Shown here in pieces: positions 29,201 to 41,663 of a stretch of 64,000 nt of DNA. The notes under the pieces are model-generated. The model did no database searches. It saw only the letters and a list, made by a program, of their open reading frames with translations, and was not told where the DNA came from. Every line of letters starts with the position of its first letter. The stretch's first letter is position 1. Where the stretch lies: the NCBI GenBank assembly GCA_000004695.1, contig CM000150.2, positions 2,976,001 through 3,040,000 on the forward strand, given 5' to 3'. This DNA comes from Dictyostelium discoideum. Its lineage: Eukaryota. The position numbers and the translations under genes were made by a program.

Positions 29201-30724
29201 CATTTAGGTGATGCATTAATTGGTACATTAGAAACTGGTGTTGGTATTTCAGTTGAAGAAAGAAAAAGATTAACAATTGGTGTTGAATTGGTTGCAAAAC
29301 CACAAATTCTTTTCCTTGATGAACCAACATCTGGTTTAGATGCTCAATCATCATATAATATCATTAAATTTATTCGTAAATTAGCAGATGCAGGTATGCC
29401 ATTAGTTTGTACAATTCATCAACCATCATCAGTATTATTTGAACATTTTGATCGTATTCTTTTATTAGCTAAAGGTGGTAAAACAGTATATTTCGGTGAT
29501 ATTGGTGAAAAATCAAAAACTTTAACATCATACTTTGAACGTCATGGTGTTCGTCCATGTACTGAGAGTGAAAATCCAGCAGAATATATTTTAGAAGCAA
29601 CTGGTGCAGGTGTTCATGGTAAGTCTGATGTTAATTGGCCAGAAACTTGGAAACAATCACCAGAATTAGCAGATATTTCAAGGGAATTAGCAGCATTAAA
29701 AGAACAAGGTGCACAACAATATAAAATAAGAAGTGATGGACCAGCAAGAGAATTCTCACAATCAACATGGTATCAAACTAAAGAAGTTTATAAACGTTTA
29801 AATTTAATTTGGTGGAGAGATCCATACTATACATATGGTTCATTCGTTCAATCAGCACTTTGTGGTTTAATTATTGGTTTTACATTTTGGAATCTTCAAG
29901 GTTCAAGTAGTGATATGAATCAAAGAATTTTCTTTATTTTCGAAGCACTCATGTTAGGTATCTTATTGATTTTCGTTGTAATGCCACAATTAATTAGTCA
30001 GCGTGAATACTTTAAGAGAGATTTTGCCAGTAAATTCTATTCATGGTTCCCATTTGCAATTTCAATTGTTGTTGTAGAATTACCATTCATCGTTATTTCA
30101 GGTACAATTTTCTTCTTTTGTTCATTCTGGACCGCAGGATTGGATAAAACTAGTGATAGTGAACAAACCTTTTACTTCTGGTTCATTTTCGTTATCTTTT
30201 TGTTTTTCTGTGTTTCTTTCGGTCAAGCAGTAGCAGCAGTTTGTATCAATATGTTCTTTGCAATGACATTGATTCCATTGTTAATTGTTTTCCTATTTCT
30301 TTTCTCAGGAGTTATGACCCCCCCATCATCAATTCCAACCTTTTGGAGAGGATGGGTGTATCATTTAAACCCATGTCGTTACTTTATGGAAGGTATTGTT
30401 ACAAATATTTTAAAAACTGTCGATGTTAAATGTTCATATGAAGATATGATCACTTTTACATTCCCAAAGAGTTATAATACTTGTCAAAACTACACTAGTG
30501 CTTTTCAATCATATGGACCATCCGGTTATGTTGAGAGTTCCATATTAAATGGTGAACCAGCCTGTAGTTATTGTATCTATAAAAATGGTGAACAATATTA
30601 CAAAACACTTGGTTGGTCAGATGATAATCGTTGGAGAAATGTTGGTATTATCATTTGTTTCTTTGTTTTCAATATTTTAATGGTTATCTTATTTGTTTAT
30701 TTAACTAGAAAAGGAAGTAGATAA
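26229..30724 (+). CDS. Full-size ABC transporter, G family, PDR type (NBD-TMD-NBD-TMD), copy 1; join(26229..26611,26695..27088,27182..30724), 1439 aa
   Basis: Three track ORFs are joined by two gtaagt introns, phase-checked (TG|G gives Trp; ..ADT|[18 protein letters not shown]). Both NBDs show Walker A (GRPGAGCST and GSSGAGKTT), signature (LSGGERKR and VEERKRL) and Walker B, and there are two 6-TM domains. Confidence 0.9.
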
Positions 30725-31464
30725 ATAATTTAATAAATAAAAAAAAAAAATAATAAAAAAAAAAAAAATATATATATATTTAATAAAAAAAAAAGTAAAT
30801 TGAAATAAAACTAAAAAGTTTTAATTTATTAATTATAATAAAAAGCTTTTTCAATTATAAATAAAAATAAATTAAAAATTGTTTTGAAAAAGTTTAAATA
30901 TTCATAAATCAAAGATAAAAAAAGGATTTTTTTTTTTTATTTTTAGTAGGTATTGTCAACAAAAATTAATCTCATTAATTTTATTATTATTAATTATCTT
31001 TATTGATTTTATTTTTTTTGGGATGGTTATTAAGGACTTTGATTTTTTTTTTTTTTTACAATTTTTTGATATTAATTTCAGCCTAAAAAGAGGTGATTTG
31101 TATAGTCTTAAATCAATATTGTTGATAAAATTAAAAAGATAAAATAAGAATGGGACAAATATTCTTTTTTTTTTTTAATTTAATTTATCTATAATAAAGA
31201 ATATTAAATTTTATTTTTTTAAATATAGACTAATAAGTGAATTTTATTTTTAGTTTTTTTTTTTTTCAAACAAATTTTTTTTAAGATATTTTTTCAATGA
31301 AAATTTTTGGATTAAAAAAAAAAAAAAAAAAAAATTAATTTTTGTGGTGTATAAATAATTTTTTTTTTTTTTTATTTTCATTAAGAAATCAAATAAAATA
31401 AAATAAATAAATAAATAAATATAAATATTAATTTAAAAAAATTGAATTTAAATAAAATAAAAAA

Positions 31465-32125
31465 ATGTTGGTACCAATAAAAATAAAATTTATTTTAAAA
31501 AAAAATTAATATTAATTTTTTTTTTTTTTTTTTTACCAATTTTAGGCAAAATATTAAATGTGTTGTTGTTGGTGATGGTGCAGTTGGTAAAACCTGTATG
31601 TTAATTTCATATACTACAAATGGTTTTCCATCAGAATATATTCCAACAGTTTTTGATAATTATTGTGCAAATTTGATGTTGGAAGGTAAGCCCTATAGTC
31701 TTGGACTTTGGGATACTGCAGGTCAAGAAGATTATGATCGTTTAAGACCATTATCATATCCACATACTGATGTATTTTTAATTTGTTTTTCAATTATTTC
31801 ACAAGCATCATTTGAAAATGTTACAACAAAATGGTTTAAAGAAGTTAATCATCATGCTCCTGGTGTACCAATAATTTTAGTTGGTACAAAACAAGATATT
31901 AGAAATGATAATGATTCAATTAAAAAATTAAAAGAAAAGAATATTGAATTAGTACCATATGAAAAAGGTTTAGAAAAAGCAAAAGAAATTAATGCAATCT
32001 ATTTAGAAGCTTCAGCTTTAACTCAAAGAGGTATTAAAGATGTTTTTGATCAATGTATTAGATCTGTAATATATCCAAATAAATTAATTAAAAAACCAAA
32101 GAAGAAGAGTTGTACTATAATGTAA
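31465..32125 (+). CDS. Rac-family small GTPase, 193 aa, CAAX end CTIM; join(31465..31466,31546..32125), with the start codon split AT|G by an intron
   Basis: Exon 2 begins G CAA AAT ATT AAA TGT GTT GTT GTT GGT GAT GGT GCA GTT GGT AAA ACC, which is the canonical Rac N-terminus [17 protein letters not shown] only if AT from ATGgttggtacc (31465) is spliced to G at 31546. The rest matches Rac/Rho: [21 protein letters not shown] and SAL. Confidence 0.75.
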
Positions 32126-32368
32126 AAAAAAATAAAAAATAAAATAAAATAAAAAAAAACCAAATTTGTAAATATTCCATAAAATTAAAAACATAATCAT
32201 TCTTTTTTTTAAATATAATTTTATTATATTAGATTTTATAAAATAATTTTTTTATTTTAATTATGCTCAATTTAATTATGATTTTTTTGTATGAGTATAT
32301 TAAAAAATTATCTCATTTGTTTTTAAATTGGCCAAATTATTATTCAGTTAATTTTAACGCTAATTTTA

Positions 32369-32381
32369 GGGGAATCGAACC
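32369..32381 (-). promoter_or_regulatory. External B box (exB) about 31-43 nt downstream of the tRNA-Glu gene; plus-strand ggggaatcgaacc, a second B-box-like copy of the internal gggaatcgaaccc
   Basis: Direct observation of the duplicated B-box consensus. Dictyostelium tRNA genes commonly carry an extra B box 20-40 nt downstream. Confidence 0.5.
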
Positions 32382-32411
32382 AACGATCTTATTCTTATTT
32401 TTTCATAAAAG

Positions 32412-32483
32412 CTCCCCATTCGGGAATCGAACCCGAGGTACCAGTGTGAAAGACTAGAGTGTTACCGACTACACCAATGAGGA
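32412..32483 (-). tRNA. tRNA-Glu (anticodon UUC), 72 nt plus discriminator G
   Basis: The reverse complement reads TCCTCATTGGTGTAGTCGGTAACACTCTAGTCTTTCACACTGGTACCTCGGGTTCGATTCCCGAATGGGGAG. It has a 7-bp acceptor stem, a 5-bp anticodon stem with loop CTTTCAC (U33, UUC, A37), and a T-arm TCGGG/TTCGATT/CCCGA. Confidence 0.9.
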
Positions 32484-33707
32484 TTTAGTTGAAAATTTTG
32501 ATATAATATTTCTATAAAGTTAGATTATTTATAGAATATCTTAAAATTTGTGTCAATTTATATTTCAAATAATAATTATATTAAAATCAGTAAACATTAT
32601 AAAAATTTTCATTTTTTTCAACTATGGTATTAATAATCATTATGTAACTCATTTAAATTAATATAAATATAAAAAAAATTTTAATTTTCAATTCAGATTA
32701 ATATTCTAATTACTAAAAGATAAAAACTATTTAATAAATAAAAATATATAAACTAATATAATAAGTGTTAAAATAAAGATAGATTATTAAATATAATAAA
32801 GATTTAAATAAAATATTAAATAAAGTTAAATTAAATTTAAAATTAATCAAAATTTATATTATTTGTAACGTAATTCAACTAGACCACTTTAGTTACATTT
32901 GGTTTTACGAAAGTAGTTTTTAGTTATAATAATTATTCCAATTAGTAACTTCAATTTCATAATTATAATTATTCATTTACATAGTAATTTTATTATAATT
33001 ATTCATTTCTAAAATGGTTTTATTTTAAATATTCTTTTTATAGTATAATATTTCAATTAATATCTTTTAGTAATAAATGTCAACATATTTTATACAGTAC
33101 AAAATGAAAAAGAAAATTTATTTTATACTTTATAAAATGTTTTGACAATTATTACCAAAATAAAATAATTAAAATAATATAGTTAAGAATATATCTAATT
33201 TCTAATTAAACTAATTTTGGAAATAAATAATTATAAAAATGAAAAATGAGCTACTAATTTTAATAATTGTTGTAATGAACTATTGCTTTCGTTACAACTT
33301 TATCAAATATGTGTATAAAATTTTAAAAAAAAATTTTCTGCGGTTTTAGATTTTATTATTTAAATTATGAAGTGACTGTTTTATTTAGTTCGATCGACCA
33401 TCAGCTCCAAAACACAAAGTACCATAGAAATCTTTTAGGTTCATAAGATTTAACATAAAGATGAATATTTAAAAAAAAAAAAAAAAATTAAAAACAAATA
33501 TCAAAATGGAGTTGCAAGATGGAAATTATCAAAGACCCCATTTAGGTACAGATATAGATAATTTCAAAACACTAAAAGAAACTCCCTTATACAACATTGT
33601 TTTTAGTTTACCAGATATTTAAAATTTTTAAAATAAAAGTTTAAAGAATAAAAATAAGAAAAAAAATAAATAAAAAAAATGAAAAATTTTCAATAATTAT
33701 AAGTTTA

Positions 33708-34970
33708 TTATTCATTAAATAATAATTTTACTTCAGATAATAATTTTTCAAGTAATTGTTTCTCAGTGGAAAGTTGAGTGGAAACTGATTTTTCAACTTT
33801 TTTTACAATTGAACCAACGATTGATTTAACATTTGACAATTGGAATATTTCATATAATTCTTTTGATTTAAATAACTCGATAAGTGATAAAATTGAATAT
33901 TGATTATTATTATTTTTTTCAACTTGATTATTACCAACATTTAATTTACTTGAAATTAAATTTAAAATATTAATTAATATTTGATTTGAATTATCCAATT
34001 GAATAATTTTTAAAATGATATTTAAGTCATAAATTTTTGTTGATGTTGAATTTATAAATTTAATTGATTGGAAAATATAAATAAAAATACTATTTGTAAT
34101 TGTTATTATTAATTCATTTGATAATGATTTGAATTCTTTTTCTCTAATTTCATTATTATAATCATTTTTATCAGTAAAACATGATAAAATTAAAGATAAA
34201 ATATAATTTAAAGAATCACCTGAATTTTCATTATTATTATCTTGGAAATTTGTTGAAATCTTTTTTAATTCACTTATAAATGGTTCTGTCATTGGTTCTA
34301 AAATATTTTCAATTGAATTTGATAATCTTAATGAATTTATATTCCAACATAATTTCTTTATAATTTTTTCTTGTTCTTGAATTTTCTCTTCATCAATCAT
34401 TATTACATTATTAGTATTATCCTCAATTTCTTTTGATGTAATTGATAAAGTAATTGCAATACAAAATGCTGTATAATGTGATAATGATAATGTACCAACT
34501 AAATATAAATTATGAATTAAATCTAAAACAATTGAAATAATTTCTGGTGATGATTTATTTGCTTTTTAAAAAATAAATAAATAAATTAATAAAATTAATT
34601 AATATTTTTTTAAAAAAATAAAAATAAAAAATAAAAAAAAATAAAAAACTTACATCTACAAATTGCAATTAAAGATCTAATCATAATTTTGTTTAAACTT
34701 GAGAAATAATATAAAGTATTTAAAGCTAAAAATTGAATATTCAATGGTAAACTTGAGAATGGACCATAAATTTGTTTACCATTTGGAAATTGTGGTGTTG
34801 GTTTTGAAATTGTAAAAAAGAATGGTACTAATGCATTTTGAATTGAATCATATTGTTTAATTTTACTCTTATCTCTACCAACTGATAATAAAATATTTAA
34901 AATCATCTATTTTTATATTTATATATAAAAAAAAAAAAAAAGAAAATATTAATAATTTTAATTTTGAGAG

Positions 34971-35026
<56 letters not shown>

Positions 35027-36882
35027 ACATACCAATGATGTATCATTATCAGAATTACCCAATTTCCATAATAATTTTGGTAAAGAAGTTAAACCCCATT
35101 CAATTATATTTTTAAAAGATTTAACATTTGATAATAATGGATTTGATTGAATATCAATTAATTCCTTAATAAAGAAAACACAAGCTTTCTTTGAAGTACT
35201 ATGTGGATGACATTTTTCATCAAAACTAATGAAAGAATTTAAAATGGATTCACTTTGAGTTGATGATAAAATTGGTAAGATAATTTTAACTATCCATAAA
35301 AGATTTGAAATGTGAGTTTTAATAGATTGGCCTTTTGTAGCCTCAACTTTTTCATCAATTAATTTACCATTCAATGCATCTTCAATAAATTCAAAGAATG
35401 GTTGATACCAACCATTAATAGTTTGATCAACATTTGAAATCGATGGTGAATAACCTAAAAAGTGTGAAGCTGTTTGAGTCATCAATGAATTGATTGAACA
35501 ACTTATAATCCATTCTTTTGAATCTGGATTACTTGGTGAACCAACATAAAATGGAAAATGAACTGAAAAGAATTTAATATAATCCTTTCTTAATTGTTCA
35601 TAGAAATCAGTGGTTGAAAAGTTTTCTTTTAAACAGTGAACTAAAAGTTGAATAATTGAAACTACCAATTCTAAATCCTCTAAAACTTGGAATGAAATAC
35701 CTGGATTTGATGGTCCCAACTCTAACCATAAATCAATTAAAATTGGTAATAATGTACTTGAAAATTGTTTAACTTCTTCTGATGTCTCTAAAATTGTTGG
35801 AAATAATGATTTAACTGTACCATCACTATTTAATTGTTGTTGTTCATTATTTTTAACTAAATATTTACTAAATAAATCTGGAAAAACTTTTCTATCATTA
35901 TAAGCTTGATAGGTTAAACTACAATCAATTGCCATCTTTCCATCAATAATTTGAGTATTTTCTCTTTGTTTATGAATTTTATTTAATAATGAAGAGAATG
36001 ATAAATCTGGTTCATGTAATAAAACTTTAATTAATTTAAAAAGACTTTTTAAAATCATAACTCTAGTATGTAATGAATTTGCTTTTGGAGTTGATGAAGC
36101 AGTTGATGATTTGTTCTTTTGTTGAGATACTGGTACTGATGCTGAAATTGGAACATTTGCAGAGGATGAAGTTGAAGTTGAAATGGTTGCAACGGTGGCT
36201 GCACCAGATACTCTTTTCAAAAGGTCAATATAATTTGGAATCATTTGATGACAACTACGTGATACTAAATTTGGATAATGATCAATGAAAATATCCAATA
36301 AACGTAATGAATCTAAACGGATGGTTGTCTTTAAATGTGTCATACCGGAATTAATGTAAACTGAAAACAATGGTATGAATGGTGAAATTGATATTTCGTC
36401 AAGCATTGGTAAAATTGTTGATATTAAAGTATGGGTACAATGTCTAACATCTTTATCTAAATCATTGATTACCTCTACTAATTTATTCATAATTGCACCT
36501 AAATGAACGAATAATACACTTGGATGTTTTAATATTAAATCACGTATACCTGTAACTGCATCCTTTTTAACTTGATCATTATAATGATTTAATTTTGTTA
36601 ATAAATCCTTTAATGTTAAATTACGATGATTAACTAAATCATCTTTTTCTTCAACTATATTTTGACCTGGCATATTTAATGCTGTAAAAATAAATAAAAA
36701 AGGATTGTTAATAAAATAATTATAATTATAATAATAATAATTATAATTTGGTATTTACCTTTAGATTTAAAAGTTGTAACTGTAATATTTGGGTTTGGTG
36801 GTGGTTTCTTACCCAATTTCTTCTTTTTCACTTTAAAATCAAGTGATGGTTGTAATGTTTTTTTTGGTGCTGATCTACCCAT
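33708..36882 (-). CDS. Ipi1/TEX10 homolog (Rix1-complex pre-rRNA processing protein); complement(join(33708..34561,34654..34906,35033..36681,36759..36882)), about 959 aa
   Basis: Four track ORFs are joined by gtaaat, gtatgt and gtaagt introns, phase-checked. The N-terminus MGRSAPKKTLQPSLDFKVKKKKLGKKPPPNPNITVTTFKSK-ALNMPGQN..LTLKDLLTKLNHYNDQVKKDAVTGIRDLILKHP matches the Ipi1_N/TEX10 pattern of a basic stretch then a conserved helix. Confidence 0.7.
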
Positions 36883-37228
36883 TTTTTTTTTTTATTATTA
36901 CTTATAATTATAGATATATAGATAAGAAAAAAAAAAAAAAAAAATTAAAAAATTAAAATAAAAAAATAAAAAAAAAAAATAAATAAAAATAAAAAAAAAA
37001 AAAACGAACGAAAAAAAAAAAAAAAAAAAAAATCACAAAAAAAAAAAAAAAAAATAATTATTCGCATTTTTTTTTATTTAATTTTTCATTTTTTTTTTTT
37101 TTTTTTTTTTATAACAATGATTCAATTTAATTTATTTAGTATGAATTTAGTATACAAAAATAGAACACTCAAAAATACAAAAAATGATATAAAATATAAA
37201 AAAAAATGAATATAACCATTCTGTTTTT

Positions 37229-37269
<41 letters not shown>

Positions 37270-37301
37270 CAGATTTTAAAAATTTTATTTTTAGAATTAA
37301 A

Positions 37302-37478
37302 CCATTTATTATTTTTTTATTTTGAAGAAAAAAAAGAGTAGAGAATATTAGATTTAAAAAAAAAAAATCGAAAAAATGGTAAAAATCGAATTTGTATCCT
37401 TTTTTTTATTAAACCATTTATTATTTTTTTATTTTGAAGAAAAAAAAGAGTACGGAATATTAGATTTAAAAAAAAAAA
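37302..37478. repeat. Tandem direct repeat, two copies of about 66 bp (aaaccatttattatttttttattttgaagaaaaaaaagagta.g.gaatattagatttaaaaaaaaaaaa) separated by 44 bp
   Basis: Read directly; the copies differ at 2-3 positions. It lies in the intergenic region upstream of the Ipi1-like gene. Confidence 0.65.
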
Positions 37479-37600
37479 AGATAATAAAATATAAAAAAAT
37501 TACAAATAAAAAAAAAAAAAAAGTAATTTCCAAAACTTAATTTATTATTTATATAAAATTTCTTATTATTTTTTTTATTTTTTTTTTTCAGACATTTATT

Positions 37601-38302
37601 TCAAATATCACCACCACTACAATAAATAGATTTGAATTGATTTTTTTGTGGTTGTTTTGAACAAGTTGTTTGAGTATCTACAGGATCTTTACAACCAGCA
37701 GAAGAGTGAATACTATTTTCACATAATTGAGTAAATGGAATTTGTTTGTTACAGAATAAATTTAACTCTTGAGAATTACCCAAATCAACAGATGTACCAC
37801 TAGCAGTATATTCTAATAATAAAATATCTTGATTATTGCAATATTCTGATAAAGCAGTGACATAGTAATTATTTGGAATATCGTACCATGGTGCCATACC
37901 ATCAGAGAAAGTAATATTAATTTTCATGGATGAAGTGTAGGCAGAGTAGAGTGAATTGAAAACAAATGAATATACACAATAAGATTCTTCAAATTCGAGT
38001 GTTGAGATTGGTTTATCACATTGAGCAATACCACCTTTACCAACGCCATAAGTGTAATGGGTGAATGTTGTGTTATCTTTATCTGCTGTAATCATATGAC
38101 TATTGTAACCATCCAATGTAAAACAATAACCAGTTTTAATTGAATATGCAATACCGTTACCATCCATTTGATTTACATCTGTGCAATAATCACTAGCATC
38201 TTGTGATAATGGAATAAAATTGATAGTTTGACCAACTGAATAGTTAATTTGTTTTAATACTAATATTAAACAAAATGATAATAATAAGTAATTTAATTTC
38301 AT
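37601..38302 (-). CDS. Secreted cysteine-rich protein (signal peptide MKLNYLLLSFCLILVLKQINYSVG, about 14 Cys), 233 aa, no recognisable domain
   Basis: The track ORF has an ATG start and a hydrophobic N-terminus. Its composition is typical coding sequence rather than AT-run translation. Confidence 0.55.
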   Translation of the reverse strand: MKLNYLLLSFCLILVLKQINYSVGQTINFIPLSQDASDYCTDVNQMDGNGIAYSIKTGYCFTLDGYNSHMITADKDNTTFTHYTYGVGKGGIAQCDKPISTLEFEESYCVYSFVFNSLYSAYTSSMKINITFSDGMAPWYDIPNNYYVTALSEYCNNQDILLLEYTASGTSVDLGNSQELNLFCNKQIPFTQLCENSIHSSAGCKDPVDTQTTCSKQPQKNQFKSIYCSGGDI

Positions 38303-38469
38303 TTTATATTATTTTATTTATTTATTTAAATATATATTTTTATATTAATAGAATATGATAAAATAAAATTAAAAAAAAAAAACTAATTAATTTTTATACT
38401 TGTTTTTTTTTAAAGATATTTTGGTTCCCAAAAAAAAAATCTTTTTTTTTTTTTTCACTTTTTTTTTTT

Positions 38470-38646
38470 TTTTTTAAAAGAATGCTTCAAGAATTTCAGA
38501 CCATTTTTAAAAAAATTCACAAAAATGATTTGAAAATATCTTTTTTTTTTTTTTTTGTTTTTATTTTTGTAACTTTTCAAATGGAAGCCAGATATTGATA
38601 CCATCACATTTTTAAGGGTTATTTTAAAATAAAGGTCTGAAATTCT
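38470..38646. repeat. 23-bp inverted repeat with one mismatch (gaatgcttcaagaatttcagacc at 38470-38492; ggtctgaaattcttgaagcgttc at 38624-38646) separated by 131 bp
   Basis: Read directly. It sits in the intergenic region between the two secreted-protein genes, and tcccctga occurs twice just downstream. Confidence 0.6.
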
Positions 38647-38932
38647 TGAAGCGTTCCCCTGACATCATCAATTAATTCCCCTGATTCTCTTTGAAAAAAA
38701 AAAAAAAAATACATTTATTTTTTAAAAAAAAAAAAAAAAGAAAGACAAAAGAAAAGAAAGACAAAAGAAAATAATTTTTTTGAAAGGTTATTTTATTATT
38801 ATTTTATTTTTATTATTTTTTTTTTTATTTTTTTTTTTTTTATTGCTTTTTATAATTTTTATTATATTATTTTTTTCTATTTTATTTTTTTTTATTTTTA
38901 AAATACTATTACTATTCTTACTTTTCCTATTT

Positions 38933-38963
<31 letters not shown>

Positions 38964-39025
38964 GAATAAAGTGTTATTCCTTTTATATTGATTATGAACA
39001 AATGATAGTTGGTTTAATTTATCAT

Positions 39026-39487
39026 TTAACAACCTTTCATATTTCCAAAATCAATTCTTGCAGATACGGAGCATGGAAAAACTTGATTTTCACAAGTGAA
39101 GTTCCAGAAATATGGAGCAAAATTATCACTTGCACAATATGTTTTACTAACATAATTATGACTAATTACATCGTCTGGTTTAATATCACCAAATTTATCT
39201 TTGAATGTCCAATGACTTGTACCACCATTACAACTGATTTTAACGTCTTTCTTTTCATTATCATTAATTTCAAATTTTAATGCAACAAATGATAGAGGGT
39301 CTACAATTGTTTTATATAAGAAGTTTGGTTTTTGATTTTCAAATTTTGATGAACTTCCTGGTAAATTACCTAATTCTATTTCCCAATCATTTTTTTTAAT
39401 ATTATATTTATATATTTTACCTTGTAATTTACCATTTACAATTATTAATAAATTTATTATTAATATTAAAAATAATAATAATTTCAT
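39026..39487 (-). CDS. Small secreted protein (signal peptide MKLLLFLILIINLLIIVNG, 6 Cys), 153 aa, unknown function
   Basis: Track ORF with an ATG start, a signal peptide and no AT-run artefact. Confidence 0.5.
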   Translation of the reverse strand: MKLLLFLILIINLLIIVNGKLQGKIYKYNIKKNDWEIELGNLPGSSSKFENQKPNFLYKTIVDPLSFVALKFEINDNEKKDVKISCNGGTSHWTFKDKFGDIKPDDVISHNYVSKTYCASDNFAPYFWNFTCENQVFPCSVSARIDFGNMKGC

Positions 39488-39772
39488 TTTTTTTTTTTAA
39501 AAATTTTTTATTAAATTTAATTGTTTTTATATATATCTATATTCTTAAAATATTTATTTGGTAAATATCCTTTTTTTATTGATTTATTTAAAATTTTTAA
39601 AATAAAATATATCTTTTTTTTTTTTTTAGATTAATTTTTTTTTTTTAAAGATTAAGTAAAGTTTTTAAAAAATATATAAAATTGTGTTGAAGTTTTTTTT
39701 ATATGTATAAGTACAACTTTTTTTATAAATAATAAATAAAAAAATGAAATATATTATATTATAATATTTAAA

Positions 39773-39823
<51 letters not shown>

Positions 39824-40221
39824 ATTATTTCAAAAAATAATTTTTAACCACCTCATGTTTGTGTTAAGTGTATAATTTGGTGTGGTGGGTTGAGTTATTT
39901 TTTAATGAAAATAATAAAAGTGTGGGGTATATATCTATTTTTTGATTGTTATAAAATAGATTTAATTTTTTTTTTTTTTTAAATCAATATTTTAGTATTT
40001 TTAATATTGATTAAAAATTTTAACCATCATGTTGCATATAAATGTTGGTAATTTTATTTTTAAAATAAATATTGATAAATTATGAAAGAATAATTAATAA
40101 AAAAAAAAAAAAAAAAAGTATTGACAAAAACATTTAGATTTGCGTAGAGAAAAAAAAAAAATTATTATTTTAATTTATTTTTAAAAATGTAATAAAAAGA
40201 TGAATAAAAAAAATGAAAATA

Positions 40222-40252
<31 letters not shown>

Positions 40253-40389
40253 CAAGCATCATCTTGTAAAAAATGAAATTTTATTTTTGGAATTTAAACT
40301 TTTCATTGTTTCTTTCACACAAACAAATTAATTATAAATAATATATTTTTTACTTTTTTTTTTTTTTCACTATTTTTTTCCTATTTAAA

Positions 40390-41663
40390 ATGTCAATGAA
40401 TTCCTTAATAGGTAAAAGAATAGCATTACTATTCCCAGGTCAAGGTAGTCAAATTGTTGGTATGGGAAAAGATTTAATTAAAGATTTTCCTTATATTTCA
40501 AAGATATACAATCACTCTGACAAGATTTTAAACTTTTCAATATCAAATTTAATGTTTAATGGTCCATCTGTAAGTTAATATGATAATCTATTTTTTTTCA
40601 TTTTTTTTTATTAATTTAAAAACTCTTTTTTTTTAAAAAAGGAAGAATTAAAACAAACATATAACACACAACCAGCATTATTACTTCACTCATTTTCAAT
40701 GATTAAAATTTTAGAAAATGAATTAGGTTTTATAAATAAAAATAAAAATAATAATAATAATAATGAAGATGATGAATTTAAAGTATCAAGTGAATTTTTA
40801 AAAAGATTTGATTTTGCATTAGGACATTCATTAGGTGAATATTCAGCATTAACAACATCAAATTCAATAAAATTTAGTGATGCATTAGAATTGGTTAGAT
40901 ATAGAGGTCAATTAATGAGTAAATGTGATCCTGGTGTAATGTTTGCATTATTAAGTAAAAAGAATATGATTGAATCAGGTTCATTACTTGAACTTAAATC
41001 AATAATAAATCAAATTAATAATAAAATTAATGAAACATCAAATGAAATAATGATTTGTAATATTTCTAATATAAATTCACCAAATCAAATTGTAATTAGT
41101 GGTAATGAAATTGGAGTTTCAAAAGTTATAGAACTTGCAAAATCAAAAAAACTATTTACAAAATCAGTTAAATTAGAAGTTAGTGCTGCATTTCATAGTG
41201 ATTTAATGATTCCAAGTAGTGATAAATTTAAATTAAAATTAAATACTATAAATTTTAAACAACCTGAAATTGATGTAATTTCAAATGTAAACTCTTTGCC
41301 TGTAATGTATTTTTATTATTAAAAAATAAAAAAAAAAAAAAAATATATATATATTAATATTTATATTCATTTTAAATTTACTTCTTTTAGTATAAAAATA
41401 ATATAGATAAAACTTCAGAGTCATCAATACAATCATTATTATCAAGACAATTATCATCAACGGTTGAGTGGACATCATCAATTCAATATTGTATTGAAAA
41501 ATGGGAAAAAGAAAATATACAATTAAAAGATTGTTATTTTGTTGAAATTGGTTCAAATAATGTATTAACTCAGCTATTAAAACAAATTTATCCAAATTCA
41601 AATTCATATAATATTCAATCTTCAAATGATTTAATTAATTTTATAAAAGAATTTAAAGATTAA
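40390..41663 (+). CDS. Malonyl-CoA:ACP transacylase (FabD/MCAT, mitochondrial type II FAS); join(40390..40569,40642..41301,41391..41663), about 371 aa
   Basis: Motifs FPGQGSQ, GHSLGEYSA and AAFHS are present. The introns are gtaagt..aaaaag and gtaatg..ttttag. The C-terminal exon reads ..STVEWTSSIQYCIEKWEK..FVEIGSNNVLTQLLKQI. Frames are anchored to the track ORFs 40390..40578 and 40699..41322. Confidence 0.8.

Noticed and set aside
32484-33480. TRE5/TRE3 retrotransposon next to the tRNA gene
   Set aside because: There is no reverse-transcriptase, ORF1 or recognisable terminal module in any frame; it is kept only as a low-confidence finding.
38624-38660. U6 snRNA gene
   Set aside because: Only 18 nt resemble the U6 3' segment. 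The conserved ACAGAGA and AGC-containing core and the 5' stem-loop are absent.
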